DNA of 64,000 bases from Rhizophagus irregularis (taxonomy: Eukaryota): NCBI RefSeq assembly GCF_026210795.1, contig NC_089431.1, forward strand, positions 1,178,001 to 1,242,000, in the 5' to 3' direction. This document shows, in pieces, positions 1 to 12,185 of this stretch. The translations under genes and the position numbers were made by a program. Positions within the stretch are counted from its first letter, which is position 1, and each line of letters opens with the position of its first letter. The notes under the pieces were generated by a model, which was given only the letters and a program-made list of their open reading frames with translations, was not told where the DNA came from and did no database searches.

Positions 1-924
1 CAAGTGATGTGAGTATTATTATTTTTTGTAAATGCTTTACCGTAAGGTGCTTCGCAAAAGAAAAAGTAGTCATTTTTTTTATTAGTAAAACTACATTTGT
101 TGCTAAAGGTTAAACTACATAAACATTTGTACTACCGCTGATTCACCTTCTCGAAGTCAGAAAACAAGAGTGAAATAGAATAATAACTGAATAGGTTCCG
201 GTATCTTCTCTATTTATCTTTCTTCGAACTGTTGAAGAAATGTGTATTGAATAATATATTGTTTACTTTTCGTTCGTGGCGCAATTCGATACATTCGTTT
301 TTTACTGCAGATCATAACTGTATTTATAAAAATTTCCAGGCAAAATAAATCGCATAAATATTTTGCATAAATTAGTCATTCCGGGAATAAGAAGCATTGG
401 CGTAAATTTTATACCCATATATCACTATTTTCTCCTCGCGATTTGCAAAATATTCCTCTAGCAATAGTATCGTATGAGTTCACATGCATGTTTTATTGTC
501 CGAAATGTTAACATTCCCACTCGAAAGCATGCAATGTCACGCCACGTATATGGCCAATGAAATTTTAGAATCAGGTGTAACGCTTACGCCAAACAACAAA
601 AAAACCAAATTATTAAAAATCCACGATAATTATAGTTTTAAATTAACTATAGTTTTAACTTTTAATAAAATAAATATTATACATTAATTTTTGTTGTAAC
701 AAATTATAAATGATAAAATTCAATAATAAATATCGTTAACTTTTTAAAGTGTAAATAAATCGTTGCTACCGTTGCTTTTAAAGTGTGTTGTTGTTTCTAA
801 AATTCGATAAAATTTAACATTTTTTAACATAACTTTTATACACTTTTTAGCAATCCATTTTTTTTTTAATTTTAACAATACATACTTTTTATAATTTTTT
901 TGTGATATTAATTGACGATCATAT

Positions 925-957
925 GGTTATAACGCTTCAAATGCTTCCGTTTCCTAG
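925..957 (+). mobile_element. Isolated 3' terminus of the Helitron2/Helentron-like family
   Basis: cgcttcaaatgcttccgtttcCTAG|T resembles the 3' ends at 9452, 16803 and 53820 (ccgtttcCTAG|T). Confidence 0.5.
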
Positions 958-1220
958 TAATAATACTGAGTAGCGAGGAAGCTATACGGGTTAGGGCTGG
1001 CAGGCATGTTTTTTTCATACATTATTCCTCCCTTGAAACTTCGCTTCTCTATTTAGCATTTCTCATATATTATTTAAAAAATATATTAAATAAAGACCTT
1101 TATTTTGAATTTTTAAACATATGCGTATGCATAATACATGCGAAAATGGCTATTTTTATTACAAAATTTCATAAATACATGTAAAAAGAAGTATTAATTC
1201 TGTATACTACCCTACTATCC

Positions 1221-1706
1221 TTAATATATACGGTATCTAGTAACCGTTCTTTTCGTTTCTGGAGTATATGAAGTGGTTACTTCAACATCATCTACTTGCG
1301 TAATTACTTTAACACTACCACCACCAAGTTTAGCTTGTTCGATTGTTGCCTCAGCTGATTTCTTAATGGTATTTGCGAGTTTTCCGATTGAGATTGATGA
1401 AGAGGACTTAGCTACTGTACCGGAGGAAGTTTTAGGAGTATATGAAGTACATGAAAATTTTGGACCTTCTCGGCGAGTATATGAGGCGGATATTTTACGA
1501 TTTCCTATTTGCGCACTCACTTCAGCTTTACCACCATTATTATCGACATATTTAGTCAATGGATAGACTGATTTTTTAATATTGTATGCGACTACTTCGG
1601 TTGAGGACCCAGCTGCTGTAGCTACTGTACCGAAGGCAGCTCCGCATGCTGAACAGTATTTAGCGCTACTAGAAACCTGCTCATAACAATATTGACAATA
1701 TTTCAT
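1221..1706 (-). CDS. Orphan 161-aa protein: N-terminal zinc ribbon plus two copies of a ~38-aa module
   Basis: Single-exon ORF, more GC-rich than its flanks. CQYC-x10-CSAC fits the zinc-ribbon pattern. Residues 40-77 and 111-148 align without gaps. Confidence 0.8.
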   Translation of the reverse strand: MKYCQYCYEQVSSSAKYCSACGAAFGTVATAAGSSTEVVAYNIKKSVYPLTKYVDNNGGKAEVSAQIGNRKISASYTRREGPKFSCTSYTPKTSSGTVAKSSSSISIGKLANTIKKSAEATIEQAKLGGGSVKVITQVDDVEVTTSYTPETKRTVTRYRIY

Positions 1707-2490
1707 TTTCTTTAAGCTTGCAATTGAAGGTGTAATTATAAGTAAATGAAAGAATGGTAGGAAAAATAAACTTATGAAACTTTCATGAATATATAAAAGT
1801 ATTTGAGAAAATGAATCACTGGTTTTAGAAGCTCATTTGAGGGAGTTTCATAGATTATCCGATATCTCATTTAGTGATGGGCACTTGCAATGACGTACAT
1901 ACTTCATGAACGTGCATTACTGCGCATCAAAATTTAACTTAAAAAATACATTTCATTTATTTCATTTCTTTAAAATACATATCATTACCATATAATCATG
2001 CGCATCATGCAGCATTGCATGTATCAGGTATGATGTGCATCAAATACGCAAATGAATCAATATTAATATTAATTATTATAATATAAAGTAATGAATTATA
2101 TAGAATAAAAATTCCAAGATACAAGTACTCCATGCAAATAAACTAAATCCATTTCGTAGGTATGTCATAAAAATAATAAATTAAGAAAATCGGTATGTGG
2201 CTTAGGAAATTTATCTGTGATACAATTACCTGAAAGTATGATTTTCCCCTGCTTAAAAAATTACTCAAATTTTTTGCAGATCATTTCCAGACTAGAAGAT
2301 AAAATTTTTAACGAATAAATTCCACGTTCTTATTTTTCAAACGTAGTTTCTAAAATCAAATCTTATGTGTAATTTTGCTTTTTAGAGAAAAATTGGAGAT
2401 TTTGAATACCGATTTTTTTTACTATTAAAGTCAATTTTTACAAGATTCAATATGGAAGCCAATAAATGTCATTCATGAGTGATGACCTCT

Positions 2491-3381
2491 TTTTTTTTTT
2501 TTTTTTAACGAAGTCAACTTTATTTAGAAAATAAGAAAAATTACAAAAAAGGAAAAGATCTACATTATATAACATTTAGTAAAGAACACGATCGAACTAT
2601 ACTATAATATTATTAGGGACTTAAGATTTTATGTTCAAAAGAACTATCTGCCATCCTGCTCACCCAAATAGGTTCACTAAACTATCCGCATAACTACTAC
2701 TATTCGTATGGACTTCGGTAATGTTATATAAAAACCCACCACAACTCCTTTAATTACTACTACAACATCAAAGATAATAAAAATAATACTACGAAACACT
2801 ACCGTAATCAACAATATTATAGTAATCTATTGTATTACCCCAAAATAAATATGACTTTGAAGACTTTGTAGATTAAAGTATTTCTTATTTTTTGATTTAC
2901 GCGTTTTGTCAATAAACTGCTCTTTACCAAAATGTTGTTTTTTAACATTCTTATCAATTCCCAAACCTCTATCAATTTCACTAAGTTTATTACACCTCAC
3001 TTTCCAAAAAATCATAGATTTATCCAAAATTTCATTCCTAAAATTATATGACAAAATTTCAACTTTTGATTTCGTAGATAATAATTGTTTAAAAAAATTA
3101 ATTAATGAACAAGGAAAGAAACCTTTAATTAATCTATGAAAGTTATGTGATCCTCTGATACTTCAAGTTTCCAAATATCATTGAGATTTTTAATATGTTC
3201 AAGAGTAATATGATTAATAGGATCTAAAATTTTATTAATTTCTAAAAGAAGCCAATTTTGTACTCCTGAAATTAAATCTCTTGTCTTTCTTCACAAAACC
3301 AGATATGATTGAAATCTTCTTCATCCTCTTCACACATAGGGCAAAACCTTTCTTTATATAATGAAAATAAAGTTCTTTTAA
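2491..3381 (-). mobile_element. 5'-truncated non-LTR retrotransposon (LINE) 3' end
   Basis: T16 at 2491-2506 is a poly(A) tail on the minus strand. The 14-bp direct repeat gagtgatgacctct flanks it at 2477-2490 and 3382-3395. The minus strand encodes the ORF2 C-terminal CCHC knuckle (LYKERFCPMCEEDEEDFNHIWFC), then after a frameshift DLIKGFFP...IFWKVRCNKL...GI. Confidence 0.92.
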
Positions 3382-4576
3382 GAGTGATGACCTCTCTTTT
3401 AAACTTGCAGGCATTACGACATAAAAACCGATCACGTGTGTGTAGATCATATTTCGATTGTGTAATAAAAACAGGTATTTTTTTTCGTATTGAGACGTCA
3501 ATAAAACAGTAAAATGCGTTAATTCTCTAAAATTTCTATAATTAAACTTAGAAAAAAACCTAAATTTCAATGTTATACGAAGGAAATATAAGCATTTTTC
3601 ATACTTTAATCATCTCTAGTACAATATTTAACATTTTTATATGTAACTTTTAACCGGCTTATTTTATAATATTAATTTCGCTTATCTTTTTTTCTAAATT
3701 TTATTAGACGTTTATATTATGGATTTAATTTGTAACTTGTATAACTAGTAAAATTCTTTATAACTTTATTTAAACAAAAACATTGTCAAATATAAACTAC
3801 TAATCTATATTTTTTGTATTCTGTTTAATTGACTCTATCTGTTTCTTTTTAATTATTCTTTTTTGACGTGGTGGTATTGTTTTTGGATTCATATTTTCTA
3901 TATTTTCAAAAGATATTTTTGATTATTACTCTTACTTCTTTATATAGATGTTGCTTGCACTTTCATTTGTTTATCATTATTGTTTCTAACTCTCCAATTC
4001 TTCTTATAATACTTTCTTATTGTTTCATTATTTTGTAAATAAAGATGCTTCTTGAATATTCCGAGCATAAAAAAAGGTAACAATACTCAAATTAATAAAT
4101 AGATCCTTCCTTTTTTGGATATTGCCAGCGGCATTACGTAATTCTGGCCCTGAGAGATGCGTGGAGTTAATGATTGCTCTGTGTGTAATAAAATTACCCA
4201 TTGTCAACTTATTGCAAACTCAAAGAATTTTTTCAAAATTTTACTACAACGGATACGAAACTTTGTCTATATACTGTACTTTTTAGTAAGAGATTTTAAG
4301 GTTAGCTTGAACGCCAAGGATAAATTCACGTATTCTTAATTGCGTCTATAAATTATATTGTAAGTCGTTCATATTCTTCATCTAGAGAAATCAAATAATA
4401 ACATTAAAACCAAATCATGTGATATTATTTTGAATTTTATAAGCCATTTATTTATTTCAATTTAGACATTAATAAAAAGAGAAATAGAAATTATTAAATT
4501 AATAATTTTATTACGTTTACTATAAATTAAGAAAGTACAGGTAATAACAAAAAAAAGAACGCAAAGTAAGTAAATA

Positions 4577-6180
4577 TTATAAAGTTTTTTCACTCACATA
4601 CTCACTATCCTCCTCATTCTCCCTTTCATTGTTTTTTTCATTCTTCTCAATGTCCTTTTCATTCTCCTTCCCGTTCTCCTCCTCATTACAATTTTCATTC
4701 TCCTCCTCATCGTTCCTCTCCTCATTCTCCCTTTCATTGTTCTCATCATTCCTCTTCTCATTATCCATTCCATTCTCCTTATTATAACCTTCATTCTCCT
4801 CCTCATTGTCCTCCTCCTCATCATCCTCCCTTTCATTTTCCTCATCACTCTTCTTCTCAATGTCCTTCTCATTCTCCTCTTCATCATAACCTTCATTTTC
4901 TTCCGCACTGTACCACTCCTCATTTTCCCTTTCATTGTCTTTTTCATTCTTCTTCTCAATGTCTATTTCATTCACCTTTCCGTTCTCCTCTTCATTATAA
5001 CTTTCATTCTCCTCCTCATTAACCCTCTCCTCATTCTCCCCCTCGTTCTCATCCTCATTTTCCACCTCGACATTATTCTCATCATTTTTCTGAGCATAAA
5101 TACGATAAATCATAAACTCCATATGAGAATTGTCTAATTCTTCAATAAGATTGTCGATCACTTTTAAATATTTTTCATTACTAATTCCCATATAATGACT
5201 AATACTTCTAATAATAATTTCAGAATTAGCACTATCTTTAAATATATAATCTAAATATGCTTCACCAATTTTATCACCATTTGAACCTAATATAAATGTT
5301 TTTTCGTCTTTTCTTACATTAGAAAGATTTAAATTTGATTCTAACATTGATTCAAGTTGTTGAATAATTTTTACATCTATACCTTTTGATAAGAATGTTT
5401 CACACGCTAAAAAAATATAAGGCGTGAACGTTAGAGAGATTGGCTTCCTTTAAATATATAAATATATATATATACACAGAATATAGAGTATAACCTGATG
5501 TATAAAATTCAACAAATAAGGGACCTGCCCCTATGGCAAATGAGTATGGCTCAACTAATTCAATCCATCCACCAGGTTTCGTTACCCTATTGCATAGAAA
5601 AAAGAATTCTTTCATTTATTAATTTATTATTTGAGAAAAACATTTAACGATTATTTACCTGACAAGTTCAGAAATCACAAAATTCCATTGATCAGGTGTA
5701 TATGCAAGAATCATTGTTTCTTGATGTACAAAATCGAATTCGTCATCAGGATATGGTAATCCATTTAATATATCAGCTTGGATAAATTGTAAATTTTCAG
5801 GTTTTATCTACAAAAAAAAAACAAAATTTATATATATTCATTGTATGTCAAAAAAAAAAAGCTCTTCTTACCTCTTTCGGAAAGAGTGGTTTTTTATCGA
5901 GACCAAAAAAATTCGATTTTGGGTAATTAATAGATAAATCCAATAACCAAGTTCCAGCACCACATGCTACATCTAATACTTTACATTGATTTCTAATTAA
6001 TTTTTGTTCAATAGGGGAAGAAAAATTGTTTTCGAATAAACATCTTTTGAGAAAATGATGCGTATGATGTCGATTTATTTCCTTGTCATCATCCGGTAAA
6101 TAAGATTTTAATTTTTCATATTCTTTTGATTTTGTTTGAAAAAAAATTTTTGGTTTTATCTTTGATATCCTATTTCCCAT
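4577..6180 (-). CDS. Class I SAM-dependent methyltransferase (LaeA/Methyltransf-like) with a long acidic C-terminal tail; 4 exons
   Basis: Exons 6180-5872, 5807-5659, 5586-5495 and 5406-4577 join in frame with GT-AG introns. Motifs VLDVACGAGTW, GLPYPDDEFDFVHQ and RVTKPGGWIELVE. MGxxxS N-terminus. Confidence 0.92.
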
Positions 6181-7202
6181 ATTTTTACCATTTAATTTTT
6201 TATTTAAGAGTAAAACGAAAAAAAAAGAAGAAATTGAAATTAAGTTTGAAAATAATTGGGATAATAATTTTTTTTTATATTACACAGAATTAATGTTTTG
6301 CGCCAATACAAATATTGTTACAAAACGCGATGAACCATAATTTTTATTGAGTAGGAATTTTTTAATTTTATTTCTTTACTAAATTATATTATTTGTACTT
6401 TTTGAGTAACGTTTTGATTGATGTAGTGTCAAATTAAATAGATAACTATTTCGTAATCCATCAAATTAAAAGGGGTGCAGAATTTTGCACATCTACTGTA
6501 GCAATTGATTCTGTGAGCACGCTAAGATATTAAATTGTTATATTATGATGTCGTTATTATCTTTCGAAAGTAAAATTTTTTTTTTTGTATTGTGTGGGAA
6601 CCAAATTTATATCATCGGTACACCATCGGTATTACAAAGCGATCGAAGTTTTTTAAGCTTTTGTTAGGAGGCAACGTGAACCTGCATAGTATCACGTAAG
6701 ACCAGGCTGATCATTATATTGTGATTTCGCGATATTGTTTATCCGTCCATCCCGACGGTTTTTTTTTTTTTAAGAAAAAAATACCCGCTATGAAATATAA
6801 AATTTAGAATATTTGTTTGTTACTCATTGTTACTCATATCCGTTATCTTCTTGGCTTACATGAGTTAACGAAAACAATTACCGTTACCGGAAATTACCGT
6901 AATTATTTATAATTTTTTTCGCTTACATAATAGATATCTTACTAGTTAATGGTAAGTTTTTTTGATCCATTCAAATATTTACTGTTTAGAAGAATAATTG
7001 CTACCGTTACTCATTATTATGTTTATCGAAAATAAAAGTTATATAACCTTTATGAAAATGATATTTCAAACCCATTATATTATTTTTTTTTTGAAAAAAA
7101 AAAATAATTTTCTATCATTTTATTTCATCGATTTCTTCGTTGTAAAAAAAAAAAAGTTATTTAACCTTACCTTCTTTTTTTATATATATATTTTTTAAAA
7201 TA

Positions 7203-8601
7203 ATGGGAAATCGCAATTCTACCGATAAGGTTAAAAGAAATCCATCAATTAATAAGACTAATAATAGATCTCATATTAAAAAAGAGTTCGAACCTACCTT
7301 ACCTAGTACCTTACCTACTTCACCTACCTCACCTACTTCATCTAACGAAGAAAAAGAAACTTTGAAATATTATTTACCAAATGATAATAATGATATTGAT
7401 AGACAACATGCGCATCATTTTATTAAAAGATATTTATTTCAAAGTTATTTTTCTGCTCCGATCGTGATTGGAGAAGGAGTTAAAGTTTTGGATGTTGGGT
7501 AAGTTAAGAAATTTGAAAAAAAAAATCGTTTTTTTTTCGATCCGTTTTTTAAGAAAATCAAAAAATCATTTTATATTAAAGATGTGGAGCTGGAACTTGG
7601 TTGTTAGATTTAGCAAACGAGTACAAAGATTCCATATTTTATGGACTTGATATTGCACCAGTATTTCCTGCTGAGGTAAAAAAAAATCCATCAAACGTAT
7701 ATTTATATATATATATATGGGTCTAGTACGAAATCCTGAACTCTAATGCTAGTCAAACACATCACGTGACTAGGAATAATTCTGCATAACGCTGGCATTT
7801 CGTATCATTCGACGGATCCCACATATATATATATATTTTTTTAAAAAAAATCAAAATATTTATTTATTTGTAAATTTAATAGATAAAACCGGAAAACTTG
7901 ACCTTTATTAAAGAAGATATATTTAATGGGTTACCATTTCCTGATAACACATTTGATTTTGTACATATGGAAACAATGGCATACATTTTAACACCAGAAA
8001 AATGGCATTATGCGATTTCTGAACTTATCAGGTAGGTAATTATCGAATTCATTATAAAATCTTAATTGTTATTAACGAATCATATATTTTTTTAACAGAG
8101 TAACAAAACCTGAAGGATATATGGAATTATCCGAAGCGTATTATAATAAAAATGAAGGATTTGGTCCTATATATATTAAATTAGCTGAAGCAAGTAAGGT
8201 TATATAATTGTTTGATTGTTACTAATAATTAATAATAATTGATAATAATTTATATTATTATAGTTTATAAATCAAGCTTACAAAGAGGGGTTGATTTAAA
8301 ATTTACAGATCAACTTGAGAGTGTGTTACGATCAAGACAAACTATAATGAATGTGGATATAGACGAAAAAGTAGTTATTATAGGTCCAAATGGTGGTAAA
8401 GTTGGTACTATTTTTATGGACCTTTATATACAATTTTGTTCAACAGATTCAGCGGTTGAAGGTTTATGTCCTTATTTAAATATGTCAAAAGATGAATACA
8501 AAGAATTTATTTTTAAAGATTATAGAAATGAAATATGTCAATCTAAAAACACCAAACTTTATATGGTTAGATATTGGGCACAAAAAGTTAACAATAATTA
8601 A
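7203..8601 (+). CDS. Class I SAM-dependent methyltransferase, paralog of 4577-6180; 5 exons
   Basis: Exons 7203-7498, 7582-7675, 7883-8031, 8099-8193 and 8264-8601. Motifs VLDVGCGAGTW, GLPFPDNTFDFVH, RVTKPEGYMEL and WAQK. MGxxxS N-terminus. Confidence 0.93.
7718..7821. mobile_element. Small MITE-like insertion in intron 2 of the + strand methyltransferase
   Basis: A ~104-bp GC-richer block bounded by tggg..ccca, with internal inverted tacgaaat/atttcgta and (TA)n on both sides. This intron is 207 bp, against 64 bp for the equivalent intron in the paralog. Confidence 0.55.
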
Positions 8602-9303
8602 AAAAATTATAAGAAATATACAGATAATAATATATTCCTTTAAATTAAGTTTAACTTAGTAAGAAAATAAGATTTTATATAAATTCAATAAGTATAAATT
8701 AATTAATTTAATTCAATAAATATAATCCGGATCCCGTAAGTGAAAATTATAGAAAATAACGTTTTTATGAGATAAGTAATTTAAATATTATTTATTATTA
8801 ATTTGTATCTTTTGTACAATACAATATCCTTTTGGAAAAATAAAAAAAAAAAATTGCCGTTCGTATCACATTTCAATATCTTGACTCACGAATTAAAATT
8901 CTACTACGGGATTGCTTTTTTCGATTAAAGTTAGCGAATTCATGCAGGGAGATATTACATATTTATTAGTTACGTGGAATTACATGAATGATTGTGGAAC
9001 GTTAAACGAACCAACAATTACCATTACCGGAATATTATAATATAGTAATTCATGTTTTTTTTAATAAGATTTGAGTTAGTGGTAACTGATGGTTCTGATG
9101 AATGATTGATTTGATTGATTGTTAATTAGTAATACTGTACCTGCATTAGTGTTTTTTAAGCCTAATATATAAATATTACAGAAAATGAGGCGCAAGGCGC
9201 AATATTTGGATCATATGAATTGATTGAATTAAAAATAATTTTTAAAAGGTAAATTTTAATAAAAATTCGTTATTTCATGTATCTTTAATACATTGTACAT
9301 AAT

Positions 9304-9452
9304 TGTCCGGAGCGAAGCGAAGGAGGACTACACATATATATAAATAAATGATCGATCACGTGAATTTCTCTGACCTCTCACGTGATGTCATCCAATGAAA
9401 ATCGCAAAATTTTTTTCTTCGCTCCGGATTTACAACGGTTTCCGTTTCCTAG
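9304..9452 (+). mobile_element. Non-autonomous Helitron2/Helentron-like element
   Basis: Perfect 12-bp asymmetric inverted repeat tccggagcgaag (9306-9317) / cttcgctccgga (9417-9428), then the hairpin aacgg-ttt-ccgtt and CTAG|T. Homologous copies at 16608 and 53686. Confidence 0.75.
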
Positions 9453-10499
9453 TATATATAACTACATCATCTCGATGTAAAATTTACATTAGCATGACAA
9501 ATTATTTTATTTTTTATGTCTCATTGAAATTTGATTTTTTCTTATATATTCATAAATTTAATCTATTTTCTTTATATTTTGATGATATTTACGTTATAAT
9601 ACAATAATTCTCGGTTTAATATTAAAAGATCGATTACAACATATTTAATGATTTAATGATATTGAGAGACCCGTTTATTTCAAGTAAATAGAGATTTATG
9701 AGAGAGTTGTGACATTACGTAAGCAATGAAATTAGGCTACAAATTTAGGAGTCTCCAAATATATACTTATTTTTCTTTACATTTCTAAGACGTTCTTATA
9801 TTTATCAATTAAATATGTAAATATGTTTTTAGACTTAATACAAGACTGATATTTACTCTAAAGAAAATGAAATAGTATGTGATTAAAATGGCAATCCGTT
9901 AAACATATATATATTGGCTTTAACAAATTCAGGATTAAACTGTCAATATGTAATATTCTTAAATTTCTATAATATCACGTTTTAACATATTCATCATTTA
10001 TTCATCATATAAATTATTATTTATATATTTAATTAATGTGGATGTATTTTATTATTGATAATAATGATTTACTTTGTTTTTATTAAAATTAATTTCTTGG
10101 CAATAATGAAACTTTATTATTGTGTTACATTGAGGCATTCAAATTTGAATTACTTACATTAAATTTGAACCACTTACGTCAACGATTTAATTTTGGTTAA
10201 CTTATTTCGTTTAATATTATTTACTAAATTACTTTTAATTTGGATATTATTATTCATTATTTTATTTGAGAAGGGAACCCAGGGGGACCGAATTATGTCA
10301 TGGTTAAATAATTTTGATCAGTAGATTAGCGAACCAAAAAGTGTCAAAATTCCGAAAATCATATTTTGAAAATCCGAATTTTGAAATTCCTAATTCCTTA
10401 TATATTTTTTGCAGCGCATTTCTTTATTAATTTCATGACCAAAGGTACAGTACATATATTAATTTTAGAGGCACATGACTTCAAGAGTCACATGACCCT

Positions 10500-11672
10500 A
10501 TAGCAAAAAAATGATCTATCTAAATACAAAGAGAGTACTTACCGAAACGTGCAAAAAATAATAAATCCAAATCACCCTCACTATCCAATATGAAAAATTG
10601 TAAGAAAAATAAAAACATAAATCACCCCCAAAAAATAAAACTATCATTTCTAGACCTATCAAATTTCTAGTCTATACTACAACCTAATCCTAAATTACTC
10701 GTTAAATTTCCTTGATTTTGTATTAAGTCCCTCAGTAAGAAAAACCGTGAATAATGCTAAATAGCTAATCGCCTCTCTAAAATGTTGAGACCTTAATACC
10801 CAAAATCCATCTAACAACAACCAAATTTCTACAAAAAGAAAAATTAGTACCTATAAATTCCAATTCTACGCCATTAATCGACCGCCTACCAAGGAAAAAA
10901 TAGACATATGAGTGACATCATCCACAAAAATCACTTTGACTCCTCGTTTTTAATTTGTTATCGGTAAAAAATTTTTTACGGGAAATCACGTGACTTCGAT
11001 ATCCAATATTGTCCACTCTCCAACGTTTCTGGAATTTCTTCGCTGGAGGACTGTTCTTAAATCTTTTCTTGTTTACATTCTCATCGTCTGTCGCTCTGTT
11101 CTCATCTTTTAGGCGTTTTGTGAAATCATCGTTTAGCGTAGTATATTGTCTCAAAATATCACTTTGTTCCGCTAAACTAATAATTCTGCAACCTATCATG
11201 GTGGTTTCATTCCCTGATTAACCCATTCTTGAATTTTTCCTTCTTCTATTCCGTTTTCTATTCCCACCGAATACATGTATTTTAAGCTTAAATCCTCCCA
11301 TTCCATTTCGTTGAAGTTGCTTTGAAGATCTCTTTCAATTATTTGATCTTTGCACTGAATTTTTCTGGGTGACCGAAGTGTCATATCGCTCGTACTTTAT
11401 CTTTTCGTTCACCTGATATTTTTTTATAATTTCTACTACTTCCTCCGTTAGAACGTTGTCTCATTTTAAGCTTTTACTCAATTATCTTCTTCTTTCTTCT
11501 TCTCTAACTCTTCTCTACTTCTATATCTTTTTATCATATTCACCACCTCTTCATCATTGATCTTATTACTTACTGATTTTTCTTCTACCTTATCTTCTAC
11601 CCTACTAGATTCGATTTTGTCCAGCTCCGCGTACTGTCTAGTGGGGCATTCGTAATAAAATTGCAGAACCAT
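10500..11672 (-). mobile_element. Degenerate repeat or retroelement-like remnant (broken ORFs plus a G/T-skewed tail)
   Basis: Three collinear short minus-strand ORFs (11672-10918) separated by stops and frameshifts, followed by a strand-skewed tract similar in composition to 34540-34806. No diagnostic domain recognised. Confidence 0.3.
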
Positions 11673-12185
11673 AAGAAAAAAAAATTCCCAATGAGTCTAG
11701 TATATATATAAAAAATATGAGACTTAGAAATGTAATCGAAATTATAGTGTTAATTTTACTAACTGTGGCTCAGATGCGGCGCAGTAATATCGTATTTTGT
11801 TGTGTTACAGCCGAGATAATTATGTTACAAATTTGAAATCTAATATAGATATTAATATAAATGAAGTAAAAGAACTTTTACTTAAAAACTGTGATTTCCG
11901 ATAAAAAGTCGAACAAATCACTTATCAGAGCTGTCTTACAACGTCACGTGAAGAAATACTTAAACAATCGGATTTCACGATTTATTATTTGACTATTGAT
12001 ATTACTGATATTACTATTGATTAATCATTGACGCGTTTGGTAATAATTATGTAATTATAATTCCAACGCCAACTTTCATAAGCTTAACCAATCAGAATTT
12101 GAGGATAATATAATATATAACCTATCTATGCGAAAATTAAAAATCTCAAGCCTTTTTTATTTATTTGCTGGCAATATAAAAAAAA

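Noticed and set aside
3600..4400. Degenerate transposase-like tract
   Set aside because: Purine-skewed and stop-ridden, with no catalytic motif readable.
4594..4959. M/R/K-rich 121-aa ORF
   Set aside because: Alternate frame of the acidic repeat tail of the methyltransferase.
6998..7198. F/I/K-rich short ORFs (also 9395, 13016, 35766, 52463, 59196 and similar)
   Set aside because: Chance ORFs in AT-rich or poly-T sequence, many with non-ATG starts.
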